From: an uncultured Faecalibacterium sp.
GTDB taxonomy: Bacteria > Bacillota > Clostridia > Oscillospirales > Ruminococcaceae
Assembly (NCBI GenBank): GCA_964478515.1
Contig: CAYZIL010000019.1
Location: forward strand, 15,714 to 39,713
Direction of reading: 5' to 3'
DNA length: 24,000 nucleotides
Notes under the pieces: generated by a model
Told to the model about the DNA's origin: nothing
Database searches by the model: none
The model's input: the letters and a program-made list of their open reading frames with translations, nothing else
Position numbers and translations under genes: made by a program
In this document: positions 16,646-23,131 of the stretch, in pieces
Position numbering within the stretch: the stretch's first letter is position 1
How the letters are laid out: every line of letters begins with the position of its first letter

Positions 16646-17125
16646 ATGTTTGTTGATTACCGCATGGTGGCGATGATGTTCAAGCGCCACGCACTCAAGC
16701 AGGTGGGCCTGGTCCACGGCCTGGGCGTCTCGCACCCAGTTATTCGCAATGTCGACGGCAAATATCAGCTTGCCGCTTTCACTTACGTCACCTGGATGGA
16801 GGGCTACGAAAAAGGCACCATTCCCCGCCCCGACCACTGGATAGCGCTGGATCTCATCAGCGCCGAACTGGTCAAGACATACGACTGCGCCGAGACCGAT
16901 TTTGCCGAAGAGCCGGCCGACACCGCTCTGGCTCTCACAGAAGCGGAAGCGACGCTGGCACCCGACGTTTTCATGACGGTGTACGAGATGCTCGACGTCG
17001 TGCGCAAAAAATACGACGACACCCACGTTATTGACACAGTCGCCTATAATGCCTACATGGAAAAACTGCTGTCGGTCGTCCCTGAAGTTTTGCGGCCGTA
17101 TTACAGCGAACTTAGCAATATTTAG
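16646..17125 (+). CDS. Hypothetical protein, no recognisable family
   Basis: 159-aa ORF with coding-like composition. AAAGGAG lies 12 nt upstream. It is the last gene before the operon terminator and has an acidic central linker (AETDFAEEPADTALALTEAEA). Confidence 0.55.
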   Translation: MFVDYRMVAMMFKRHALKQVGLVHGLGVSHPVIRNVDGKYQLAAFTYVTWMEGYEKGTIPRPDHWIALDLISAELVKTYDCAETDFAEEPADTALALTEAEATLAPDVFMTVYEMLDVVRKKYDDTHVIDTVAYNAYMEKLLSVVPEVLRPYYSELSNI

Positions 17126-17132
17126 TACGTTT

Positions 17133-17160
17133 AAGCCCGCGGCAACGCGGGCTTTTTATT
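17133..17160 (+). terminator. Rho-independent terminator
   Basis: AAGCCCGCG (17133-17141), loop GCAA, CGCGGGCTT (17146-17154), running into TTTTTATT. Confidence 0.85.
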
Positions 17161-17218
17161 AGCGACAATAATTGCCATACAAATAAACGTGAAAAATATA
17201 TCGCAGTGCCTAATTTAG

Positions 17219-17227
17219 TGGTATAAT
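17219..17227 (+). promoter_or_regulatory. Extended -10 promoter for the aldolase-kinase unit
   Basis: TGgTATAAT at 17219-17227, 30 nt upstream of ATG 17258. There is no good -35, as is typical of extended -10 promoters. Confidence 0.45.
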
Positions 17228-17257
17228 TAAAGTATCAAACTGAAAGGAAGACCTATT

Positions 17258-18052
17258 ATGTCCTCTTATCCCAGCAGAAAAGAAGCTGCCGAGCTTATAT
17301 GCGAGATCGGCAAAAAAATGTACATGAAGCAATTCGTCTCCGCTAACGACGGCAATATGACCATCCGCGTCGGTGATGATACTGTCGTCGCCACGCCGAC
17401 AGGTATAAGCAAAGGCGACTTGACCCCGGAAATGCTGCTGCTTTGCAACTTTGACGGCAAGATTCTCGACGGCACCTATAAGCCCACGTCCGAACTGCCC
17501 ATGCACCTGCGCACCTACCGCGAGGACGACAAAATAATGTCCACCGCTCACGCGCATCCCTGCTTCCTCAACTGCATTGCCAACCTCGGCGCCGAACTCG
17601 ACATGGCGCTGACCCCGGCGACCGCGGCAATCTCCGGTCGCATTCCGGTCGTGCCCTACTGCAACCCCGGCTCCGACTCACTGGCCAACGCCGTTGCACC
17701 CTATGTCAAAGATTACAGCATTGTTATGCTTGCCAACCACGGTCCCATCGCCTGGGGCAAAAACCCGATAGAGGCCTGGTACATCCTTGAGGACGCCGAG
17801 GCATACGCAAAGATGGCCGTCATCCAAAAATTCATCATCGGCTCCTACCGCCCCATCAGCAAGGGTCAAATTCAGACTCTGGCCGACACCCACGACTTGA
17901 CCATCAACCCGAAACGGCTCGTAAACGCGCCCGAGTCTACCACCAACACCGAACCCGCCTTCTCGTTTAACGCCATGGACACCGGTGTGCATCTTGACGA
18001 CGCGTCTGTCGAAAAAGTTGCCCGCCGCGTTGCGGAAATACTCGGCAAGTAA
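17258..18052 (+). CDS. Class II (Zn) aldolase/adducin-family protein (fuculose-/rhamnulose-1-P aldolase or ribulose-5-P 4-epimerase-like)
   Basis: NDGNMTIRV, TPTGISKG, PTSELPMH (Glu ligand), TAHAHP (two His ligands) and LANHGPIAWG (His ligand). It has about 50 aa extra at the C-terminus relative to FucA. Confidence 0.85.
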   Translation: MSSYPSRKEAAELICEIGKKMYMKQFVSANDGNMTIRVGDDTVVATPTGISKGDLTPEMLLLCNFDGKILDGTYKPTSELPMHLRTYREDDKIMSTAHAHPCFLNCIANLGAELDMALTPATAAISGRIPVVPYCNPGSDSLANAVAPYVKDYSIVMLANHGPIAWGKNPIEAWYILEDAEAYAKMAVIQKFIIGSYRPISKGQIQTLADTHDLTINPKRLVNAPESTTNTEPAFSFNAMDTGVHLDDASVEKVARRVAEILGK

Positions 18053-18067
18053 ATAAAAGCTACATGT

Positions 18068-18100
18068 GACCCGCCGCTGAGCGCTGCTTTACGGCGGGTC
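18068..18100 (+). other. Intercistronic GC-rich hairpin
   Basis: GACCCGCCG (18068-18076) pairing with CGGCGGGTC (18092-18100), 15-nt loop, followed by the small hairpin GCGGC-gtctttt-GCCGC (18101-18117). Confidence 0.5.
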
Positions 18101-18144
18101 GCGGCGTCTTTTGCCGCAATACCAACTTTATGGAGCACAAACAT

Positions 18145-19614
18145 ATGAAAAAGCAACACTACGCAGCCGTCGACTGCGGACAAAGCGGCGGAAAAATAGT
18201 AGATTTTTCTTTTGACGGCGACAAACTCGTGTACGAAAAAAGTTTTCCCTTTCGCTACGAACCGGTAACTGTGCGCGGCTCGCTGTATGTCGACATTCTC
18301 GGAATGTACGGCATAATGTGCCGCAGCATCGCCGCGCTCGTGCAGGAATTGGGACCCGGCAGCGTCAAGTGCGTTGGCACCACTACCTGGGGCGGCGGCT
18401 ACGCCTTTTTTGACGACCGCGGCCAAATGGTCGGCAACTCTATAAGTCACCGCGACGCCGGCGTCGTAGCGTCAGCTCAACAATTCGGCCTTTTGGTTCC
18501 TGAGCGCGAATACTACAACGCCACCGGCACCCATTTTGCCTCGCACGTCGGCGCAAACATGCTGTTTTTCGACAAGGCGCACTCCGCGGCCTACGAGGCC
18601 GCCTCGTTTTTATTGCCAACTCCCAGCGTTTTTAACTATTTCATGAGCGGCGTCGCTGCCATGGACGAAACTATCGGCACTGCCACCGGCTTTATGAAAC
18701 TCGGCGGCGGCCTGAATACAGCGATACTCGAGCGCACCGGTCTGCGCACCGACTTGCTGCCGAACACGGTAAGCTGCGGCACTAAACTCGGCACGGCGGA
18801 AAAAAGCTTTGCTGAGACAGTCGGTGACAGCGGCATAAATGTCGTTTGCGCTCCGGGGCACGACACAGCCGCCTGTCTGCCGGCCATCCCGGGAATGGAC
18901 GAGCACAGCTTATTCGTCAGCATGGGCACCATGATTCTTTCCGGCATGGAAACTGCCGCGCCCTGCGTGGGTGAGGGTATGTATGCCAAAGGACAGCGCA
19001 CTGTCGCGTCTGTCGGCGAAAAATTTATTTCTTACGGCGACAAACAGGGCTTTTGGATTATGAACCGCTGCCTTGACGATTTCGATCGACGCGGTCTGAA
19101 TACCGACTTTTCCGTTCTCGAACAGGCCGCAGCTAAGCTGCCGTCAGGGCGCTGTGTAATAGACACCAACGACCCGCTGTTCTACTTGGGTGAACGTCCA
19201 ATGCCGCAGCGCATTCGCGAGTATTGCCGCGCCAGCGGACAGTTTGTGCCCGAAAGCGAATTTGACGTCTACCGCTGCTTGATAGACAGCTACACCTATA
19301 ATGTGCTCAGCTCGCTGCGCGGCCTTGCCGAGGCGGGCGAGCGCAAATTTGACAAGATACACCTCGTCAACGGCGGTTGTCAAAGCCCTCTGCTGTGCAA
19401 TACAATCGCCGCCGCCAGCGGCCTGCCGGTCCACTATGGTATGCGCTATGCCAGTGCCGCCGGTAATGTCCTTACGCAGCTGCAGGGCATGGGCGAACTG
19501 AGCGGGCTGAGCGAGATGCGCGCACTCGCTTCTCACTCTTTCGGTATGCAACTGGCCGACGTGCCGCACGACAGTAACTGGGACGACATCTATGCCCGCG
19601 CCGCGTCACTGTAA
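18145..19614 (+). CDS. FGGY-family carbohydrate kinase, rhamnulokinase-like
   Basis: AAVDCGQSGGK (phosphate-1 motif), GTTTWGGGYAFFD, APGHDTAAC, GFWIMNRC and HLVNGGCQSPLLCN, colinear with RhaB-type kinases. GGAG lies 9 nt before ATG 18145 (ATG 18130 is an alternative start). Confidence 0.85.
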   Translation: MKKQHYAAVDCGQSGGKIVDFSFDGDKLVYEKSFPFRYEPVTVRGSLYVDILGMYGIMCRSIAALVQELGPGSVKCVGTTTWGGGYAFFDDRGQMVGNSISHRDAGVVASAQQFGLLVPEREYYNATGTHFASHVGANMLFFDKAHSAAYEAASFLLPTPSVFNYFMSGVAAMDETIGTATGFMKLGGGLNTAILERTGLRTDLLPNTVSCGTKLGTAEKSFAETVGDSGINVVCAPGHDTAACLPAIPGMDEHSLFVSMGTMILSGMETAAPCVGEGMYAKGQRTVASVGEKFISYGDKQGFWIMNRCLDDFDRRGLNTDFSVLEQAAAKLPSGRCVIDTNDPLFYLGERPMPQRIREYCRASGQFVPESEFDVYRCLIDSYTYNVLSSLRGLAEAGERKFDKIHLVNGGCQSPLLCNTIAAASGLPVHYGMRYASAAGNVLTQLQGMGELSGLSEMRALASHSFGMQLADVPHDSNWDDIYARAASL

Positions 19615-19649
19615 AAACAGTACTCACCACGCAACAGAGTTGATATTAT

Positions 19650-19697
19650 TATGCTAGCAACACGGCGCCGCTTATGCGGCGCCGTGTTGCTAGCATA
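19650..19697. repeat. Perfect 22-bp inverted repeat (stem-loop, probable operon-end terminator or RNA stabiliser)
   Basis: TATGCTAGCAACACGGCGCCGC, loop TTAT, GCGGCGCCGTGTTGCTAGCATA, with no mismatch. There is no U-tract on the + strand side. Confidence 0.9.
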
Positions 19698-19828
19698 TTC
19701 AGGTGAGCGGGCAGCGCAAGTTACCAGCAGCACTAAAGGACAGCACAGCAACAAAAAACACTGCGGTTTATTTTGTAAAGCACGCCGCCGCACAAATACT
19801 GCTTTCCGGTGCGAAACAGCGGGAAATG

Positions 19829-19837
19829 TGGTATGAT
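19829..19837 (+). promoter_or_regulatory. Possible extended -10 promoter for the PHP gene
   Basis: TGgTATGAT at 19829-19837, about 40 nt upstream of the TTG start at 19876. No convincing -35. Confidence 0.3.
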
Positions 19838-19875
19838 AAATATAATAATATATCTTATAAATACAGAGGTCTGTT

Positions 19876-20688
19876 TTGGATTACATTGACTACCACGTTC
19901 ACTCCTTTTACTCCTGTGACTGCACAATGCCGGTGGCGCTGTCCGCCGCCGTCGCTGCCGAGCGCGGGATGGCGGAAATAGCCTACACCGACCACTACGA
20001 CTTTAACCTGCCGCGCTCCATGCCCTGTTTTGACGAGCCCGCCGACATGCAGCGCCGCCGTGACGAGCTGCGCGCCGTCGAGGCAGGATTCGGCGGCAAA
20101 TTAAAAATACGCATCGGCGCCGAACTCGGCGACGGCTGGTACGAACCGCAGCAGGCCGCGCGTTTTGTGCGCAGCAACTATTTTGACTTTGTGCTCGCCA
20201 CCACCCACGGGCTGCGCGGCGGGCGCGATCTTTACTGCTATGCGCCAGAGGGCGCCGACCCCCACGCCCTGCTTGACGAATACTTCGAAACCTACACCCA
20301 CGTCGCCGAATTTACCGATTTTGACTGCATTGGCCACCTGAGCTACGCGGTGCGCAACCTCACCCAGGCTTACGGGGTCAATTTTGACCTGCACAAATAT
20401 TACGACATCTTCCGCGACCTTTTTCGCTGGCTGGTCGAAAACGGCAAGGGACTGGAGCTGAATACTTCCGCGCGCCGTCAGGGTTTTGACTTTACCTACC
20501 CCGACTACGAAATACTCTCGCTCTACCGCGAGCTCGGCGGCGAAATAATTACGGTCGGTTCTGACTCTCATTACCCCGAGCACGTCGCGCTCGGCATAAA
20601 AGACGAAACTGCAATGCTCGCGCAGCTCGGTTTCAAATACATAACCTCTTTTGAAAACAGAAAACCGAAAATGATTAAAATAGAGTGA
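19876..20688 (+). CDS. PHP-domain phosphoesterase (histidinol-phosphatase HisJ/HisK family)
   Basis: N-terminal DYHVHS metal motif, later TDH, GAELG, TTHG, IGHL and GSDSH motifs of the PHP fold. TTG start with AGAGG 7 nt upstream. Confidence 0.8.
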   Translation: MDYIDYHVHSFYSCDCTMPVALSAAVAAERGMAEIAYTDHYDFNLPRSMPCFDEPADMQRRRDELRAVEAGFGGKLKIRIGAELGDGWYEPQQAARFVRSNYFDFVLATTHGLRGGRDLYCYAPEGADPHALLDEYFETYTHVAEFTDFDCIGHLSYAVRNLTQAYGVNFDLHKYYDIFRDLFRWLVENGKGLELNTSARRQGFDFTYPDYEILSLYRELGGEIITVGSDSHYPEHVALGIKDETAMLAQLGFKYITSFENRKPKMIKIE

Positions 20689-20706
20689 GCGCAGCCGCGC
20701 TCACTC
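20683..20706. terminator. Shared hairpin between convergent genes (candidate bidirectional terminator)
   Basis: GAGTGAGCGC, loop AGCC, GCGCTCACTC. The TGA of the PHP gene (20686-20688) and the TGA of the TetR gene (complement of 20701-20703) each sit in one arm. An A-rich run lies upstream and TTTTT lies at 20712-20716. Confidence 0.45.
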
Positions 20707-21255
20707 CATGCTTTTTATAAATTTTTCCGCCTGTTCGGTAAAGCGCCCAGCGTCAAGCCCACCGAGCATCCGCTGTATATTCAGCCCCTCGCCGCACAGC
20801 AGCGTCAACCAGGCCAAAAATTCGGCCGGCTGCTCGCCGCCGCGCTCAGCAATCTTTTCGGTTAACAGCCGTGCAAATTCGGTATAGCGCTCGTTTAGGC
20901 GCGCGCGAATGGGCTCGTTGCCGAGCATGGCGTCGTAAATAAGCTGCATGCGCAGCTCGGCGGCCGTGCTGTCGCGCTCCAGCACATATTTCACCAAGCG
21001 GTGCAGCGAGGTGTCTTTGTTGCTGTCTTCGGTCCAGCGCACCAGGTCGTTCCACTGCTGGTCGAGATAGCGGTCGGTAATGTCGAATATAATTTCGTTT
21101 TTTGTCTTGTAGTGGTAGTACAGCGTTCCCTTTGAAACTCCCGCCGCGCGGGCTATTTCGGCAAGCGATATGTCTGCGAGCGGGCGTTCCGCCAGCAGCT
21201 TTTCGGCACTGTCCAACAATTTTTCGCGGACATTGTCCTTTCTCGGTGCGGCCAT
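20701..21255 (-). CDS. TetR/AcrR family transcriptional regulator
   Basis: N-terminal HTH REKLLDSAEKLLAERPLADISLAEIARAAGVSKGTLYYHYKTKNEI. 184 aa. Divergent from the FAD oxidoreductase gene. Confidence 0.85.
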   Translation of the reverse strand: MAAPRKDNVREKLLDSAEKLLAERPLADISLAEIARAAGVSKGTLYYHYKTKNEIIFDITDRYLDQQWNDLVRWTEDSNKDTSLHRLVKYVLERDSTAAELRMQLIYDAMLGNEPIRARLNERYTEFARLLTEKIAERGGEQPAEFLAWLTLLCGEGLNIQRMLGGLDAGRFTEQAEKFIKSME

Positions 21256-21334
21256 TTATTGTCGCCTTTCTTGTCGTTTTCGCCTATTATAATACCACCG
21301 TTTTGCACTATTTGCCAATATTCCCGCTGCACTA

Positions 21335-21363
21335 TTGACTTGCCTCGCCGCAAAAAATATATT
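21335..21363 (+). promoter_or_regulatory. Candidate sigma-A promoter of the oxidoreductase operon
   Basis: TTGACT (21335-21340), 17-nt spacer, TATATT (21358-21363), within the 160-bp divergent region shared with the TetR gene. Confidence 0.45.
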
Positions 21364-21415
21364 TAATACATCAAGAGTCGCCCGCTTGGCCGACTCGGTT
21401 GCGGGTAGTGGGGCT

Positions 21416-23131
21416 ATGAATATTAATCGCATCAACAAAAAACTGAAAAAACAATTTGCCGGCGCCGTAAATGCGCAGCTGCGGGACGGCTGCGTCGTAC
21501 TCAGTGGACAGTTGGAAAAGTGGGACGACGTACTCGCCGCCTGCTTTGCGGCGGCAACGCCCAACAGCCGTGTGCACGTTGTCAACGACATCCGCTGCGC
21601 TCAGGCGGCGAATTTTGCGCCGCGGCTGCCGGCACTGCGCGACAGCGCGCTTGAGGGCGCTGCCCCCGACGTACTGATTATCGGCGGCGGCATTTCCGGC
21701 GCCGCCATTGCGCGCGAGCTCAGCCGCTGGCAGCTTGACACGCTGCTGGTTGAAAAAGAGAGCGACCTCGCACTGGGCGCCTCGGGGCGCAACGACGGCG
21801 AGGTTCACCCCGGCGTCGACCTCAACCGCGGCAGTCTAAAACAGCACTATGTCATTCGCGGCAACGCCATGTACGAGCAGCTGTGCGCCGACTTGCAAGT
21901 GCCCTTTCGCCGCTGCGGTCAGTACGTCGGCTTTTCGCAGGGCTTTTTGTACCCGCTCGCGCCGCTATTCGCCTGGCAGCGCCGCTTTATTTGCGGCGTA
22001 AAGGGCACGCGGATTATTTCCGGGCGCGAACTGCGCCGCCGCGAGCCCGGGTTAAACCCGGATTTCAAATTTGCTCTGTACACGCCCACTGCCGGCTGTG
22101 TTTGTCCCTACGGAATAACAATAGCGCTGGCCGAAAACGCCGTCCGCAACGGGGCGCGCGTCTCGCTTGACACCGCGGTCACCGGCATGACGGTCGACGG
22201 CGGGCGCATCACCGCCGTCGAGACCAACCGCGGCACGCTGCACCCGCGCCTTGTCATCAACGCCGCCGGCGTCTTCAGCGAACAGATAGCCGCAATGGCC
22301 GACGACCGCTTCTTTTCCATTCACCCGCGCAAGGGAACCAACTCTATTCTTGACAAAAAGCGCGGCGCGCTGCTGCAGAGCATTGCCTCCGTCAAGCTTT
22401 TGCACCGCACGCCCGGCCACACCAAGGGCGGCGGCATACTGCACACTGTCCACGACAATCTGCTCGTCGGGCCCGACGCCGTCGAAACGCCGCTGCCGGA
22501 GGATTATTCCACCGCCCGCGAAAGCATAGAGCGCGTTTTTTTAAAGCAGCGCTCCACCGCGCCCGCGCTCAGCGAGCGCGACATTATCACCTACTTTTCC
22601 GGCGTGCGTGCCCCGACGTTCGAGGAAGATTTTATTATTGAACCCGGCCGGCGCACCGCCAATATCATTCACTGCGCCGGCATCCAGTCACCGGGGCTTA
22701 CTACGGCGCCCGCCGCGGCAATAGACATTGCGGCCATGGCGGTAAAAATGCTCGGCGAGTACCGGCCCGTCGCTGCCAATGTGGCCTTTGACCCCAAGCG
22801 CAAAGCGCCGCCGGTGCTGCGCGAGCTCAGCGACGAGCAGCGCGCCGCGCTCATCGCCGCGGACCCCGACTACGGCGAAATTGTCTGCCGCTGTGAGCAG
22901 ATAAGCAAGGGCGAAATATTGGACGCCCTGCGCAGCGAAATATGCGTGCCGACGCTCAACGGCATAAAAAAACGCGTCCGTCCCGGCATGGGGCGCTGTC
23001 AGGGCGGCTTCTGCTCGCCGCTCGTCACAAAAATAATTGCCGAATTTCTCGGCGTCCCGCTCAGCGAGGTTCGGCAAGGCGGCGCCGACTCGGTAATAAC
23101 CTACGGCCCGAGCAAGGGGGACGCGCAATGA
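21416..23131 (+). CDS. FAD-dependent oxidoreductase (glycerol-3-phosphate / L-2-hydroxyglutarate dehydrogenase-like) with BFD-type [2Fe-2S] domain and BON-like N-terminal extension
   Basis: DVLIIGGGISGAAIARELS dinucleotide fold, GRNDGEVHPG, and C-terminal CRCEQISKGEI...GMGRCQGGFC (BFD-like Cys pattern). Residues 1-84 precede the Rossmann fold and read like a BON domain. ATG 21416 is preferred because the track start at 21335 coincides with the -35 box. Confidence 0.8.
   Translation: MNINRINKKLKKQFAGAVNAQLRDGCVVLSGQLEKWDDVLAACFAAATPNSRVHVVNDIRCAQAANFAPRLPALRDSALEGAAPDVLIIGGGISGAAIARELSRWQLDTLLVEKESDLALGASGRNDGEVHPGVDLNRGSLKQHYVIRGNAMYEQLCADLQVPFRRCGQYVGFSQGFLYPLAPLFAWQRRFICGVKGTRIISGRELRRREPGLNPDFKFALYTPTAGCVCPYGITIALAENAVRNGARVSLDTAVTGMTVDGGRITAVETNRGTLHPRLVINAAGVFSEQIAAMADDRFFSIHPRKGTNSILDKKRGALLQSIASVKLLHRTPGHTKGGGILHTVHDNLLVGPDAVETPLPEDYSTARESIERVFLKQRSTAPALSERDIITYFSGVRAPTFEEDFIIEPGRRTANIIHCAGIQSPGLTTAPAAAIDIAAMAVKMLGEYRPVAANVAFDPKRKAPPVLRELSDEQRAALIAADPDYGEIVCRCEQISKGEILDALRSEICVPTLNGIKKRVRPGMGRCQGGFCSPLVTKIIAEFLGVPLSEVRQGGADSVITYGPSKGDAQ

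Noticed and set aside
19651-19836. 61-aa ORF starting inside the 22-bp hairpin
   Set aside because: Its start codon and first 15 codons are the two arms of the perfect inverted repeat, and it has no RBS. It is an artefact of the palindrome.
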